Source: an uncultured Rhodothermales bacterium (lineage in GTDB: Bacteria; Bacteroidota; Rhodothermia; Rhodothermales; VXPQ01). From it: a stretch of 64,000 nt of DNA. The notes beneath the pieces were generated by a model. The model saw only the letters and a program-made list of their open reading frames with translations, did no database searches and was not told the origin of the DNA. The position numbers and the translations under genes are program-made. Shown piece after piece: positions 38,661-50,031 of this stretch. The first letter of the stretch is position 1, and the number at the start of each line of letters is the position of its first letter. The DNA lies in assembly GCA_965651265.1 (NCBI GenBank), contig CBFGRV010000006.1, forward strand, positions 22,595 through 86,594. Direction: 5' to 3'.

Positions 38661-40157
38661 CTAGAACGGGGCGTCGTCGGAAGGCGGAGGCGCCGAGAAC
38701 CCGTCCCCGCCGCCATCCGGTGCTCCGTAGTACGTCGTCAGATTCTCGAATCGCGCATATTGATTGACGAACGCCAGTTGCACGGTGCCGATGGGCCCGT
38801 TGCGCTGCTTTCCGATGATCACCTCGGCAAGGCCTTCGGTCGAATTGCCGTTTTCGTCGACGGTGATTCCGTAGCGCTCGGCGCGATAGATGAAGCAGAC
38901 GACGTCAGCATCTTGCTCGATGGAGCCGCTCTCGCGCAGATCGGAGAGCTGCGGGCGCTTGTCCCCGCCGCGGCTCTCCACGGCGCGGCTCAGCTGCGAG
39001 AGCGCGATCACCGGCACGTTCAGCTCCTTGGCCAGCGCCTTGAGTGAGCGGCTGATGTGCGCGATTTCCTGCTCGCGGTTCGAGTTGCGCGAATTCGTAG
39101 TCCCGTGCATGAGCTGCAGGTAGTCGACGATCACGAGGCCGATGTCGTGCTCCGCTTTGAGCCGCCGGCACTTCGCGCGCAGCTCGAGCACCGACAGCCC
39201 GGGCGTGTCGTCGATGAAAATCGGGGCTTCGGAGAGCCGTCCGGCGGCGCGGGCGAGCGCCTGCCAGTCGCGATCTCGCATCCGGCCCGTGCGCGCGACC
39301 TGCGCGTCGATCCGGGCCTCCGAGGTGAGCAGCCGTTGTGCGAGCTGCTCCGCGCCCATCTCGAGCGAGAAGATGGCGACGCCCGTCCGGTATTGGGGAT
39401 GCAGAGCCGCGTTCCGCGCACACGTCAGGGCGAACGCCGTCTTGCCCATCGACGGCCTTGCCGCGATGATGATCAGGTCCGATCGCTGAAAGCCGCTCGT
39501 GTACTCGTCGAGCCGCGTGAAGCCGCTCGGGACCCCGGTGATGCCGCCCTCGCGGCCGTGGATCGCCTCGAGCTGCTGGAGCGTCGTCTTGATGACGTCG
39601 GTGATGGACGTCGCCGGACGGCGAAGCTGCGAATCCGATATACCGAAGATCTCCGTCTCGGCCTTGTCGAGCAGCTCGAATGCGTCCGACGCCGGGTCGT
39701 AGGCTTCGCCCACGAGCGAGGTCATCTTCTCGATGAGCTTGCGAAGCAGATATTTCTCGGCGATGATGCGGGCGTGGTACTCCACGTTCGCCGCCGAGGC
39801 GACCTGGGTCGTGAGCTCCGTGAGGTAGTAGGCACCACCGACCTCCTCCAGCTCGGACCGCCTCCTCAGCTCCTCCGTGAGCGTGATCAAATCGACCGGA
39901 TTGCTCCGCTCGAAAAGATCCGTCATCGCGCCGAAGATTTTGCGGTGCCGCGTGCTATAGAAGGACTCGGCCGTGAGGATCTCGATGGCCTTCGGGATGG
40001 CCTCCCGCTCGAGCAGCATCGCCCCCAGCACCGACTGCTCCACCTCGACGGCCTGCGGAGGCAGCCGCCCCGCCCGCTGATGGATCTCCGACACGGAGTC
40101 GGTGGCGCGGGCGCCAGGCGAAAGCCGGGGGGTGCTGGAGTCTCCGTTATCCGACAT
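38661..40157 (-). CDS. dnaB: Replicative DNA helicase DnaB (no intein)
   Basis: AEQSVLG-like EQSVLGAML, AARPSMGKT, FSLEM, IVDYLQLM, LSQLSR, LRESGSIEQDAD, KQRNGP. Confidence 0.97.
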   Translation of the reverse strand: MSDNGDSSTPRLSPGARATDSVSEIHQRAGRLPPQAVEVEQSVLGAMLLEREAIPKAIEILTAESFYSTRHRKIFGAMTDLFERSNPVDLITLTEELRRRSELEEVGGAYYLTELTTQVASAANVEYHARIIAEKYLLRKLIEKMTSLVGEAYDPASDAFELLDKAETEIFGISDSQLRRPATSITDVIKTTLQQLEAIHGREGGITGVPSGFTRLDEYTSGFQRSDLIIIAARPSMGKTAFALTCARNAALHPQYRTGVAIFSLEMGAEQLAQRLLTSEARIDAQVARTGRMRDRDWQALARAAGRLSEAPIFIDDTPGLSVLELRAKCRRLKAEHDIGLVIVDYLQLMHGTTNSRNSNREQEIAHISRSLKALAKELNVPVIALSQLSRAVESRGGDKRPQLSDLRESGSIEQDADVVCFIYRAERYGITVDENGNSTEGLAEVIIGKQRNGPIGTVQLAFVNQYARFENLTTYYGAPDGGGDGFSAPPPSDDAPF

Positions 40158-40235
40158 CTAACCTACAGGGATGAACCGCATGCGGCACGGGCATCGACAC
40201 GCGCCGACTCGGCACTTCTAAATCTCAAGTGAGCC

Positions 40236-41027
40236 TTACGACAGAACCTCCATCCCGCCCGCCACGATTTGATCGTATCGGCGTCGCAGCATCTGCACGT
40301 CCTCCCAGGTCGGACGCTTCCACTGCGGATTGCGAAGCAGGGCCGCAGGATGATAGGTCACGAGCAGCGGCAGACCATGGAAGTCATGAAATTTCTGCCG
40401 CAGAGCAGAGAGCGACGTGGGCCGGTTCAGCAACGTGGTCGCCGAGGTCTTGCCCACGCACAGAATGAGCCTGGGCCGGATGAGGGCAATCTGCTTGTAG
40501 AGGATCGGCACATGAGCCTCGACCTCGGCGGGTAGTGGATCGCGATTGTTGGGAGGCCGGCTCTTCAGGATGTTCGCGATGTACACATCGGCACGCTCAA
40601 ATCCAATCGCCTGGAGAATTTTGTCGAGAAGCTGACCTGCCCGTCCGACGAACGGCTCGCCCTTCGCGTCCTCATCGGCCCCCGGCGCCTCGCCGATCAC
40701 CATCAGATCCGCATCCGGGTTGCCCACGCCGAACACCGGGTTGGTGCGGTGTTCGTCCAGAGGAATGAGCACGGTCTTGGCAACGTAGGCCTCCACCTCG
40801 TCGAGGGTGTTCATCGAGTGAAGGGGCGAGTCGGTCGGAATCAGCGCGTGGATGCGCGCATAAGGCGAAAGGGAGACATCGGCCTCCGCGTCGGGTTCGT
40901 CGCCGAAAAGATCGCGATGGGGCATGGACTCGCGGGTCTGAGGTGAAAGGGGCGGAAGATAGACGAGCGGACCGGCGATCCGCACCTCGTGCTCCAGGAT
41001 GGTCCGAATTTCCTGTAGGATCGACAT
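40236..41027 (-). CDS. Uracil-DNA glycosylase, family 4 type, with N-terminal extension
   Basis: [39 protein letters not shown]. Confidence 0.92.
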   Translation of the reverse strand: MSILQEIRTILEHEVRIAGPLVYLPPLSPQTRESMPHRDLFGDEPDAEADVSLSPYARIHALIPTDSPLHSMNTLDEVEAYVAKTVLIPLDEHRTNPVFGVGNPDADLMVIGEAPGADEDAKGEPFVGRAGQLLDKILQAIGFERADVYIANILKSRPPNNRDPLPAEVEAHVPILYKQIALIRPRLILCVGKTSATTLLNRPTSLSALRQKFHDFHGLPLLVTYHPAALLRNPQWKRPTWEDVQMLRRRYDQIVAGGMEVLS

Positions 41028-41288
41028 GACTATTCCGATAGGTCGTCCTCCAAACTAGAGCCGGTCGTCCGCCTACTCAAGGCAACGGCAGAGTCGGTTC
41101 TGCACAAGTCGTGAACGTCGCGATGTGGACAATTAAGGTTCCGGCATTCCATCCTCTCGATGTGCCCGATCACCTTCGCCGTACACGATATGATGTGGAT
41201 GTGCCAGCAGCGTGTCACTCGATCCGCGGGACATTGGGGAAGGGCTGTCCAGGTTCTCGAAAAAGCCCAGCCCGACTGCACCGGGCGC

Positions 41289-42533
41289 TCAGGCGGCCGG
41301 CCGGCCCGGATCTGGGACGATGCGGTTCCAGATCGTCTCTGCCACGCTGGCTTTGGACATGAGCGGCAGCTCCTCTTCGCGGCCGTCACGCTGCAAGAGG
41401 ATGACGCGATTCGTATCCACGCCGAATCCGGCCCCGGCCTCGCCCAGCTTGTTCAGAACGATCCAATCCAGGTTCTTTTCGGCCAGCTTCTGACGGGCAT
41501 TCTCCAGCTCATTCTCCGTCTCCATTGCGAACCCCACGAGTACCTGCCCATCCCGCTTCTGCCGGCCCAGTTCGGCGAGGATATCTTTCGTTCTACGCAA
41601 CCGGAGCACGAGCTCACCATCCGACTTCTTGACCTTGTGCTCGGCGCGATGCTCCGGAGCGAAATCGGAGACGGCCGCGGCCATGACGACGAAGTCGGCA
41701 TCCTTCCGGCTCATCACGGCATTGTACATCTCGGATGCACTCTCGACGTCGATCCGCTCCACGCCTTTGGGCGTGGGCAAGTTCGTCGGGCCGCTGATCA
41801 GGGTCACGGCCGCCCCCCGGCGCGCGGCCGCTTCAGCGATGGCGAAGCCCATCTTGCCGGAGGAGGGATTGCTGATGTAGCGCACAGGATCCAGCGCCTC
41901 GCGAGTCGGACCGGCCGTCACGAGCACAGTGGTCCCGTGCAGCGCCGATCCATCGCCGGATCGACCCTCCACCATCTCGACGATCCGCTCGACGATACGC
42001 ACGGGCTCCGGCAGACGCCCCTGCCCGACGAGCCCACTCGCCAGCTCGCCGTGCTCGGGCGGCATCACCACGTAGCCGAAGCTCCGCAGGCGTTCCAGGT
42101 TGTGCGTGGTAGCCGGATGGACGAACATGTCGTGGTCCATGGCCGGACATACCAGAATAGGACAGCGGGCTGCGAGCACGACGGCCGTGAGCATGTTGTC
42201 GCAGAACCCCCCGGCGATCTTGGCGATGGTCTGGGCCGTGGCCGGCGCGATCACGAAAACTTCCGCCCATTGTCCGATCGAGATGTGCTCCGTCCACGAG
42301 CCCTCCGCATTCTCCGGGAAGATATCGACGAACACACGATGCTCGGAGACGGTGCCGAGGGTGAGCTTCGGGATGAATCGCTCCGCATCGCGCGTCATCA
42401 CCACGCGGACATCGGCGCCGGCCTTCTTCAGCAGGCGCACAAGCTCTACGGACTTGTAGGCCGCGATTCCGCCGGTGACACCGACTAGGATTCGGCGGCC
42501 ATCGAGCTGACGACCGGGTATCGAGTCAGCCAT
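41289..42533 (-). CDS. coaBC: Bifunctional phosphopantothenoylcysteine decarboxylase/synthetase
   Basis: GVTGGIAAYK, PAM, TAGPTRE..DPVRYISNPSSGKMG, AAVSD, VGFAME. Confidence 0.96.
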   Translation of the reverse strand: MADSIPGRQLDGRRILVGVTGGIAAYKSVELVRLLKKAGADVRVVMTRDAERFIPKLTLGTVSEHRVFVDIFPENAEGSWTEHISIGQWAEVFVIAPATAQTIAKIAGGFCDNMLTAVVLAARCPILVCPAMDHDMFVHPATTHNLERLRSFGYVVMPPEHGELASGLVGQGRLPEPVRIVERIVEMVEGRSGDGSALHGTTVLVTAGPTREALDPVRYISNPSSGKMGFAIAEAAARRGAAVTLISGPTNLPTPKGVERIDVESASEMYNAVMSRKDADFVVMAAAVSDFAPEHRAEHKVKKSDGELVLRLRRTKDILAELGRQKRDGQVLVGFAMETENELENARQKLAEKNLDWIVLNKLGEAGAGFGVDTNRVILLQRDGREEELPLMSKASVAETIWNRIVPDPGRPAA

Positions 42534-42580
42534 CTCATCTCGGGTGATTCAGGGGCCGTCAATCGACGGCATCAACCGGT

Positions 42581-42615
42581 AAAAACAAGAAAATCCGGCC
42601 TGGCCGGATTCTTTT
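42581..42615 (-). terminator. Intrinsic terminator after rpoZ
   Basis: Minus strand AATCCGGCC-A-GGCCGGATT inverted repeat followed by TTCTTGTTTTT. Confidence 0.65.
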
Positions 42616-42641
42616 GCCGACAAAAGTCGCACTGCCGTCGG

Positions 42642-42938
42642 TCATCCCTCTTCGCTGGGATGCCGGAAGTAGATCTCGTCGTTGAGCAGCTCGTCGATGG
42701 CAATCTCCGTCGGCTTCGGCTGCTTCTCGAACTCGATCGAAACGCGGGCCTGCTCCTCCTGCATCCGGAGATTCTCGATATCCGACGAGAAGCCCTCGTA
42801 GTAGGCCAGCTTCTCGTCGAGATCCTGCTTCATCTTTGCGGAAATCTGGCGCGCACGTTTGGAGAGCACCACGACCGTCTCATAAATATTGTCGGCCTTG
42901 GTGGCCAGCACATCGATGTCGAGCGTCCGAAGAGACAT
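42642..42938 (-). CDS. rpoZ: RNA polymerase omega subunit (Bacteroidota type)
   Basis: NIYETVVVLSKRARQI...FEKQPKPTEIAIDELL; located after gmk; start set at ATG 42938. Confidence 0.85.
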   Translation of the reverse strand: MSLRTLDIDVLATKADNIYETVVVLSKRARQISAKMKQDLDEKLAYYEGFSSDIENLRMQEEQARVSIEFEKQPKPTEIAIDELLNDEIYFRHPSEEG

Positions 42939-42990
42939 GGACGTATACCGAATACTATTAAGGATGTCGGAAGAATCTGATCTGAAGACC

Positions 42991-43575
42991 TCAGTCGTCC
43001 AGAAACCGGCGAATGAGGCGCAAAGTTTCCGCGACCGCCTGTTCGAGGTCGTCGTTAAGGACGACGGCATCGCACCGATCCGAGTCCGCAAATCGCAGTT
43101 CTTTACGCGCCCGCTCGAGCCTTACGCGGATGGTTTCCTCGTCCTCGGTGGCGCGGTTGCGGAGGCGCCTTTCGAGCTCCTCCTCTGAGGGCGGCCTCAC
43201 GAACACGATGAGAGCATCGTCCCCGTACAGGTCCTTGATCCGGCCTGCCCCGCGAACGTCGATGTCGAGCAGCACCGGGCCGCGCGCGGCCTTCGATTCC
43301 ACCTCGGACCGAAGCGTACCATAGAACCGGCCGGGGTACACTTCCTCGAACTCAAGCATCTCGCCCGAGCGGATGAGGTCGTCGAACCGGGCACGATCAA
43401 TGAAGTGGTAGTCGACGCCATCCCGTTCGTGTGGACGGCGGGGCCGTGTAGTGGCCGAAACCGAGAACTCGAGCTCTGGAATGGCCTCCGTGACGCGTTT
43501 CGCAATGGTGGTCTTGCCGGCGCCGCTCGGAGCCGTGAGTACGACAATGCGCTTCCCCATCCCCGAGGCGCTCAT
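42991..43575 (-). CDS. gmk: Guanylate kinase
   Basis: APSGAGKT, SVSATTRPRR..E.DGVDYHF, EEVYPGRFYGT. Confidence 0.96.
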   Translation of the reverse strand: MSASGMGKRIVVLTAPSGAGKTTIAKRVTEAIPELEFSVSATTRPRRPHERDGVDYHFIDRARFDDLIRSGEMLEFEEVYPGRFYGTLRSEVESKAARGPVLLDIDVRGAGRIKDLYGDDALIVFVRPPSEEELERRLRNRATEDEETIRVRLERARKELRFADSDRCDAVVLNDDLEQAVAETLRLIRRFLDD

Positions 43576-44453
43576 TCAACGTTCTGAACCTGCTCCCGGA
43601 TTTTCTCCAGCTCGTCTTTCATCTGGACGGCGAGGTGCGCGATCTCCGCATCGTTCGACTTCGATCCAATCGTGTTCACCTCGCGATTGATCTCCTGGGA
43701 AATGAAGTTCAGCTTGCGGCCTTCCGGATGTTCGCTGTTGAGCGCCTGGCGAAACATTTCGAGATGTGACCGGAGCCGAACGCATTCCTCGGTGATATCA
43801 AGCCGATCGGCCAGGATGGCCACCTCGGTCTCGAGCCGGGCCCGGTCGATGCGATCGTCTGAGAGAAGGTCCTCGAGCCGGGACCGCAGCCGCTCGCGGG
43901 CTTCCTCCACGCGCAAAGGCGCGCGGCGCTCAACGTCATCCACAAGCCTTTCAATGGTTCGGATTCGATCTTCCAGATCGGTGAGAAGGGCCGTGCCCTC
44001 TTGCCGCCGCATCCGTCGCATCTCGTCGATGGCCTGGTCGAGAGCGATCGTCGTCGCCTCCCACGCCGCTTCCGCCCGGTCGGAGTTCGAATTCGATGCC
44101 TCGAAGATGTCGGAGTACTGCAACAGATGCTCCAGGCGGATGGGCTCGGAGATGCCGGCGACCGCGCGAAGCCGGTTCAGCAGGCCGGTGTAGGCACGGA
44201 CGGCGTCTTCATCGATGGCGATGGGCAGCGACGCCTCTGCGGATTCATCGAGCTGAACCTGGACGGTAATGCGTCCGCGCGAGAAGGCCTTCTTGATGCG
44301 GGCCTGGACTTCGGCTTCGTACTCACTCAGACTCCGCGGCAACCGCGTGGACACCTCGCAAAACCGATTGTTCACCGATCGCAATTCCACGGTCACCGCA
44401 ACGTTGCCCACCTCGGCCTGGCCCCGGCCGAACCCGGTCATGCTGTCAATCAT
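43572..44453 (-). CDS. yicC: YicC/YloC family endoribonuclease
   Basis: MIDSMTGFG, RSVNNRF, DITEECVRL, GRKLNFISQEINREVNTIGSK. Confidence 0.95.
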   Translation of the reverse strand: MIDSMTGFGRGQAEVGNVAVTVELRSVNNRFCEVSTRLPRSLSEYEAEVQARIKKAFSRGRITVQVQLDESAEASLPIAIDEDAVRAYTGLLNRLRAVAGISEPIRLEHLLQYSDIFEASNSNSDRAEAAWEATTIALDQAIDEMRRMRRQEGTALLTDLEDRIRTIERLVDDVERRAPLRVEEARERLRSRLEDLLSDDRIDRARLETEVAILADRLDITEECVRLRSHLEMFRQALNSEHPEGRKLNFISQEINREVNTIGSKSNDAEIAHLAVQMKDELEKIREQVQNVE

Positions 44454-44526
44454 CGGCGCGAGTCGTCATGTCCTGCCCGTCGGCTTCTGGGGCGTTCGGC
44501 CTCCGTCAATCGGTCCGGTTCGACTA

Positions 44527-44618
<92 letters not shown>

Positions 44619-44723
44619 GTGATGATGAGCATTCGTGTACAGTAACCGAGCGGTATGGTTCTTAGAAAATCTCCCCAACCCCCCACGAACACAGTCAGCA
44701 ATCAGCAACCATCGAGCAGCAAC

Positions 44724-45293
44724 CTACACCTCCATTATCTCGGCCTCCTTCCTGTCGAGCATCTGGTCCACGGATGCCGTGAACTCATCCGTGATCTCCT
44801 GGAGGCGCTCCTCCCCTTCGTACCGCATGTCCTCCGAGATGCTCTCCGCATCGCACACCTTCTTGATTCGGTCCTTGATCTCGCGCCGGATGTTTCGGAT
44901 GGCAATTTTCGCCTCCTCACCCCTTGACCGGGCCGACTTGACGAGTTCGCGCCGGCGCTCCTCCGACAGCGGCGGCACCGGAATGCGGATCATCTGCCCA
45001 TCGTTCGAGGGATTCAGCCCCATGTTCGCCGTCTGAATGGACTTCTCGACAGCCTCCAGCGCTGAGCGATCCCAGGGTTGTACGACAAGCAGATCCGGCT
45101 GCGGGGCGCTGATGCTGGCGATTTGATTCAGCGGCGTTTGCGTACCGTAGTAGTCCACGCGGATGTTGTCGATCATTGCGGGCGTGGCGCGACCGGCGCG
45201 GATGCTGTGCAGTTCCGTTCGCAGCCACTCGAGGCTCTTCTCCATGTGTTCGAAGGCCTCATCCAAAAGCGTTTGAATGCGTTGATCAACCAT
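44724..45293 (-). CDS. frr: Ribosome recycling factor
   Basis: IRAGRATP, VDYYG, NPSNDG..IRIPVPPLSEERR. Confidence 0.97.
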   Translation of the reverse strand: MVDQRIQTLLDEAFEHMEKSLEWLRTELHSIRAGRATPAMIDNIRVDYYGTQTPLNQIASISAPQPDLLVVQPWDRSALEAVEKSIQTANMGLNPSNDGQMIRIPVPPLSEERRRELVKSARSRGEEAKIAIRNIRREIKDRIKKVCDAESISEDMRYEGEERLQEITDEFTASVDQMLDRKEAEIMEV

Positions 45294-45356
45294 GGTCGAC
45301 CCTATTGATGAAGACGTTCCTGGCCAATGCCAAATTAGCGCATGAAGCGGCGCCCG

Positions 45357-46091
45357 TCATTCGTTCCAGTGGACGAGTGTTCCCAGGCGCTCACCGGAGA
45401 CGAGACGTCTCAGGTTTCCCTCCCCATTCATGTTGAATACGACGATGGGCAGCGACGATTCACGGCAGAGCGTGAAGGCCGTCATGTCCATCACTCGCAG
45501 GTCTCTCCGAATGGCTTCGACGCCATGAATTTCTTCGAAGAGGCGCGCGGATGCGTCTTTCTCCGGATCGGCCGTGAATACCCCATCCACGCGCGTACCT
45601 TTCAGAAGCACGTCGGCTTCGATCTCCAATGCTCGCAGGGCGGCGGCGGTGTCCGTCGTAAAGTAGGGGTTGCCCGTTCCGGCACCGAAGATCACGACAC
45701 GGCCCTTCTCCAGATGGCGGATGGCGCGCCGGCGAATGAACGGCTCAGCAATCTCCTCCATCTTGATGCTGGACTGCAGTCGCGTGTGTACCCCGCGCTG
45801 CTCGAGGGCGTCCTGCAAGGCCATGGCGTTGATCATCGTGGCCAGCATGCCCATGTAATCGGCGTGGGCACGCGTCATCCCGCTACTCGCGTTGTTGACA
45901 CCACGGAAGATGTTGCCCCCACCGATGACGATGGCCAGCTGAACTCCCTGAGCCAGCACGGCAGCGATTTCTTCGGCATACGACCTCAAGACCTCGTCGT
46001 CGATGCCGTAAGGCTTCGAGCCGAGCAGCGCCTCACCGCTCAGTTTGAGCAGTACGCGCTTGTACGGAATTCCTTCGCCGGCCGTGGACAT
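45357..46091 (-). CDS. pyrH: UMP kinase
   Basis: [35 protein letters not shown]. Confidence 0.97.
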   Translation of the reverse strand: MSTAGEGIPYKRVLLKLSGEALLGSKPYGIDDEVLRSYAEEIAAVLAQGVQLAIVIGGGNIFRGVNNASSGMTRAHADYMGMLATMINAMALQDALEQRGVHTRLQSSIKMEEIAEPFIRRRAIRHLEKGRVVIFGAGTGNPYFTTDTAAALRALEIEADVLLKGTRVDGVFTADPEKDASARLFEEIHGVEAIRRDLRVMDMTAFTLCRESSLPIVVFNMNGEGNLRRLVSGERLGTLVHWNE

Positions 46092-46128
46092 AGTCTACTC
46101 TCGAGCCAGAGTATGGTGTGGCAAGCTA

Positions 46129-46167
46129 CAAAAAAAGGGGCACGCCGGCTGTCCGGAGCGCCCCTTT
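46129..46167 (-). terminator. Intrinsic terminator after tsf
   Basis: Minus strand AAAGGGGCGCTCCGG-ACAG-CCGGCGTGCCCC followed by TTTTTTT. Confidence 0.65.
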
Positions 46168-46181
46168 ACATCGGGCGATGA

Positions 46182-47012
46182 TCATTCGCCAAGTGCGTAG
46201 CGAATGAACCGGCGTACGTCGACGCCGGCATCCCGCAGCATCTCTCGAACGCTCTTCGAGGAATCCTTCACAAATGGCTGTTCGAGGAGCACGTTGTCTT
46301 TGAAGTAGCGCTCCAATTTGCCCTGGGCGATGCGATCGACGATCTGATCGGGCTTACCCTCGTTGCGAGCTGCCTCCCGGGCGATCTCCAGCTCTTTCTC
46401 CTTCAGCTCCTGCGGCACTTCATCCTTCGTCGTGGCGACGGGATTCATCGCGGCAACCTGCATGGCCACGTCCGTGCCCGCCTCCACGATCTGGCCATTG
46501 CCGTGCATGTCCACGAGGACGCCAAGGCGCGAGCCCGGATGGATATACGAGACGATCCGTCCGCCCTCGCTCTTGAGGACGGCGAACCGCCGCACGTCGA
46601 TCTTCTCGCCGATCTTGCCGGTCATCCCTTCTATGGCCTGCTCCACGGTCTGGCCGTCCCCGAGATCAAGCGCCAGTAGCTGATCGCGATCCGACGGCTC
46701 CTCGCGCAGGACGAGCGCCACGATCTGCTCGGCGAAGCGAGCAAAATCCTCGTTGCGGGCCACGAAATCTGTCTCGCAGTTAATCTCCGCGATGGCGCCC
46801 CGGGTCTCGTCGTCGGAAAGCGCCGCGACGATCAAACCCTCGTTCGCCTCTCGGTCCGCCCGTTTGGCGGCAACCTTCTGCCCTTTCTTCCGAAGCAGCT
46901 CGACGGCCTTGTCGAAGTCGCCGCCGGCCTCTTCGAGGGCCTTCTTGCAGTCCATCATCCCGACGCCGGTCATGTCCCGGAGCCGCTTGACGTCCTTCGC
47001 TGAAATTGCCAT
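46182..47012 (-). CDS. tsf: Elongation factor Ts
   Basis: [28 protein letters not shown]; start set at ATG 47012. Confidence 0.97.
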   Translation of the reverse strand: MAISAKDVKRLRDMTGVGMMDCKKALEEAGGDFDKAVELLRKKGQKVAAKRADREANEGLIVAALSDDETRGAIAEINCETDFVARNEDFARFAEQIVALVLREEPSDRDQLLALDLGDGQTVEQAIEGMTGKIGEKIDVRRFAVLKSEGGRIVSYIHPGSRLGVLVDMHGNGQIVEAGTDVAMQVAAMNPVATTKDEVPQELKEKELEIAREAARNEGKPDQIVDRIAQGKLERYFKDNVLLEQPFVKDSSKSVREMLRDAGVDVRRFIRYALGE

Positions 47013-47087
47013 GTCTATGCTAAATCCTTCAATGATATCTTCGTGCGTTCCAGCCACCGGGCGGAGCCGCACTCGACGAGACCGCGG

Positions 47088-47915
47088 CTATTCCGCGGCG
47101 GTCTCCTGCTGCTTCTCTTTGCGCGCCTGCTCACCGGCCTCTTGCACCTCTCGGGCCCGCTTGCCTTCGCTGACGGCGCGGGAAATGACGGAGGTGACGA
47201 GCTCGATCGACTTCAGAGCGTCATCGTTGGCCGGAATGGGGAAGTCGACAAGGTCCGGGTCGCAGTTCGTGTCGACCATGGCGATCACCGGGATGTTCAG
47301 CTTCCGGGCTTCATCGACAGCGATGTGCTCGCGGTTGATGTCGACGACGAACAGCGCACCGGGGAGACGCGCCATGTCGGCGATGCCGGAAAGCACCTTC
47401 TCGAGCTTCTCGCGCTCGCGAGAGTGCATCAGGCGCTCCTTCTTCTTGAGCTCCTGGAAAACATCCTCCTCCTCCATCTTGGCCAGCTCTTCCATCCGAC
47501 GGATGCTCTTCCGGATCGTCTGGAAGTTCGTCAGCATCCCGCCGAGCCATCGTTCGACCACGTACGGCGAATCGCATTCCTCGGCATACTTTCGGACGAT
47601 GTCCTTGGCCTGCTTCTTCGTGCCCACGAACAACACGTTTCGTCCCATGCGGGCGAAGCGCGAAGCGGCCTGAGCCGCCGCATCCAACATCACCTGCGTC
47701 TGCCTCAGGTCGATGATGTGGATGTTGTTGCGCTCCATGAAGATGTACGGCTTCATCTTGGGATTCCACCGTGCCGTAAGGTGCCCGAAATGGGCTCCTG
47801 CCTTCAGGAGGTCTTCGATGGAGGCACGATGGCCGGATGTCTGTCCGGTCTCCAGGGCCTCCTGGGTTTCCTGCGCCGTTTCTTCCGCTGCTGCTGCGGC
47901 TTCTACTTCACTCAT
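47088..47915 (-). CDS. rpsB: 30S ribosomal protein S2
   Basis: AGAHFGH...[29 protein letters not shown]. Confidence 0.98.
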   Translation of the reverse strand: MSEVEAAAAAEETAQETQEALETGQTSGHRASIEDLLKAGAHFGHLTARWNPKMKPYIFMERNNIHIIDLRQTQVMLDAAAQAASRFARMGRNVLFVGTKKQAKDIVRKYAEECDSPYVVERWLGGMLTNFQTIRKSIRRMEELAKMEEEDVFQELKKKERLMHSREREKLEKVLSGIADMARLPGALFVVDINREHIAVDEARKLNIPVIAMVDTNCDPDLVDFPIPANDDALKSIELVTSVISRAVSEGKRAREVQEAGEQARKEKQQETAAE

Positions 47916-47931
47916 CTGGATGCGTATACGT

Positions 47932-48016
47932 TTGGGTTGTTGCCTCTACCACCGTCATTCGCATGGCCAAGGCCGGTAGCCGGCCCACCCACCATGCGTC
48001 GGGAGGTATGTGTGAT
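47932..48016 (-). ncRNA. rpsB leader (t44/S2 autoregulatory-like RNA)
   Basis: Minus strand CACACATACC...CGCATGG[GGCCGGCTACCGGCC]CCATGCG...GGTAGAGGCAACAACCC: nested hairpins with the CACAC and GAGG-x-AACCC ends known for rpsB leaders. Confidence 0.7.
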
Positions 48017-48028
48017 GAAAGCAGGCGC

Positions 48029-48424
48029 CTAGCGCTTGCTGAACTGGAATCGTTTGCGCGCCTTGGGCTGGCCGTATTTCTTGCGCTCGACCATGCGGTC
48101 ATCGCGTGTCAGGTAACCGGCATCCCGCAGCGGCTTCTTCAGATCCTCGTCGAATTCCACGAGCGCCCGTGCGATGCCAAGCCGGATGGCCTCCGCCTGG
48201 CCCGACAGACCGCCGCCCCGAGTGTTGACGACGACATCGAACTGCCCGGCCGTGTTGGTGATCTCGAAGGGCTGGAGGATCGTGTTTCGTCGCCATTCAA
48301 GCGGGAAATGCTGCTCCGCAGGGCGGCGGTTGATCGTGATGGTCCCGTTTCCGGGCCTGAGATAAACCCGCGCCGTCGAGGTCTTGCGGCGGCCGACGCC
48401 GATGTACTGAGTGAGTGTTGCCAT
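48029..48424 (-). CDS. rpsI: 30S ribosomal protein S9
   Basis: GVGRRKTSTARV, GGGLSGQAEA, ERKKYG...RFQFSKR. Confidence 0.98.
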   Translation of the reverse strand: MATLTQYIGVGRRKTSTARVYLRPGNGTITINRRPAEQHFPLEWRRNTILQPFEITNTAGQFDVVVNTRGGGLSGQAEAIRLGIARALVEFDEDLKKPLRDAGYLTRDDRMVERKKYGQPKARKRFQFSKR

Positions 48425-48474
48425 AGTTGAGCCGGATAGGCTGACTTTAATCTCGTACCGTTTAAATGATCTAT

Positions 48475-48918
48475 TTAGATGGTCAATTCCTTGGGCTGCT
48501 GAGCCTGGTGCGGATGGTCCGGTCCTTCGTAGACCCTCAGCTTCTTGAGCATGGCGCGTCCGAGCGGACCCTTCGGCAGCATTCCTTTCACAGCATTCTG
48601 CACGATGAATGTGGGATGCTGCCGGCGCATCTCTTCGGGCGTTCGAAGGCGTTCTCCGCCCGGGTAGCCGCTATAGCTGAAGTACTGCTTCTGCAATTCC
48701 TTATTGCCTGAGAAGCGCACTTTCTCGGCATTCACGACCACGACGAAGTCGCCGGTGTCGACGTGCGGCGTGTACTGGGGTTTGTGCTTGCCACGCAAAA
48801 CGGTAGCGATGCGCGTGGCCAGGCGACCGACGATCTGATCGGTTGCATCCACGATGAACCACTCGCGCTCTACCTCGCCCGGCTTTGCCGAGTATGTCTT
48901 GAAGCTGTTCGCGTCCAT
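48475..48918 (-). CDS. rplM: 50S ribosomal protein L13
   Basis: [32 protein letters not shown]; start set at ATG 48918. Confidence 0.97.
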   Translation of the reverse strand: MDANSFKTYSAKPGEVEREWFIVDATDQIVGRLATRIATVLRGKHKPQYTPHVDTGDFVVVVNAEKVRFSGNKELQKQYFSYSGYPGGERLRTPEEMRRQHPTFIVQNAVKGMLPKGPLGRAMLKKLRVYEGPDHPHQAQQPKELTI

Positions 48919-49099
48919 GAATCGAGTATCTATCTTCCTTATCTTACGGCGCGTCTTCGGAAAGGCACCCCGTGATGTATCGGCGGGACTTCGTCGACGA
49001 GACCGCGCGGCCGACGAAGCGCATCGATCGCCGAGGTACAGAGGCCGGGCGGCGTGCAGGATCGGGATCGATGACGCCTGGCGCACCGGAAAGCCTTGT

Positions 49100-49128
49100 A
49101 AAATAGGGTTAACCGCCAGGCAAGTCAA
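49100..49128 (-). promoter_or_regulatory. Sigma70-like promoter of the rplM operon
   Basis: Minus strand TTGACT, 17-nt spacer, TATTTT. Confidence 0.5.
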
Positions 49129-49314
49129 TCGTCGGCGGACCTGTATGCAGGCGGACTCTCACGCGCAAAGAGACGGCTTGTTTTTCCGAGGCCAATTCTT
49201 CCATCAATCTTGACGGATACTCACCCGACGTATATTCAAGGCACCGAAAAGGATCGCCCCACCGCCGCTTCTGCCGCGAACTCGTAGCCGTCCACCCGCG
49301 CCGACGCTGCCGAT

Positions 49315-49950
49315 ATGCCAGGAAGTCCGTTCGAGGCACTCGACGCTCTCGCATCACGTCTCCCTTTCCACCTGGAAGACACGGATGCGGCGAATGCGGC
49401 GTTCGTCCGATGGCGTTCCTCGGGGTCCGATGCCGATCGGCGCATCGTCCAGCTCTGGACCTATTGCTTCATCCGCCGCTACTACACCGTCAAGTTCGTT
49501 CAGGATTCCGGATCCGGTGCCGCCGATCTCGACGAGCTCATCGACAAGACCTTCCTGAAGGCGGAGGAGTCCTCCTCGGAGATCAAGACTCCGGACAGGT
49601 ATACGGCCTGGGTGAGCGTCATCTGCAAGAATAACTACCTGAATTACCTGCGCAGTCGCAAACCGGCGCTTTCCCTGGATGCGGAGGGAGGCCCCGAGCT
49701 GGTGGCCGAAAAGCCGGCCGTATACGACGACGTCGGCCTGGCGAGGGACGCCGTCCGCAAGGCCATCGAACGCTTACCGGCATACCTGCAGGAATGTGCG
49801 ACGCTTCGATTCGTCGATGGACTCTCTTACGAAGAGATGAGTGAGAGGACTGGGCATCCGCTACCCCGAATCCGCTCCTATGTCAATAAGGCCGTTGCGC
49901 GATTTCGCTCTGATGAGACGCTGCTCGCCTACCTCCGTAGAGAGGACTAG
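49315..49950 (+). CDS. ECF-type sigma-70 factor-like protein
   Basis: Region 2-like DELIDKTFLKA...YTAWVSVICKNNYLNYLRS; region 4 AIERLP...LRFVDGLSYEEMS. Confidence 0.75.
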   Translation: MPGSPFEALDALASRLPFHLEDTDAANAAFVRWRSSGSDADRRIVQLWTYCFIRRYYTVKFVQDSGSGAADLDELIDKTFLKAEESSSEIKTPDRYTAWVSVICKNNYLNYLRSRKPALSLDAEGGPELVAEKPAVYDDVGLARDAVRKAIERLPAYLQECATLRFVDGLSYEEMSERTGHPLPRIRSYVNKAVARFRSDETLLAYLRRED

Positions 49951-50031
49951 CAGGAGGCGCTCAAAATTCTGCGGGGGCGGAGGTTATATTTTCCGGCTTT
50001 ATGTGTCTATAGTAGTGTCGCAAGGTCGCAC

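Noticed and set aside
38661-40157. Intein in DnaB
   Set aside because: Helicase motifs are contiguous and the length is normal
44695-44722. TCAGCAA TCAGCAA CCATCGA GCAGCAA, a short 7-nt-phase relic after frr
   Set aside because: Only two exact copies; too short to separate from chance
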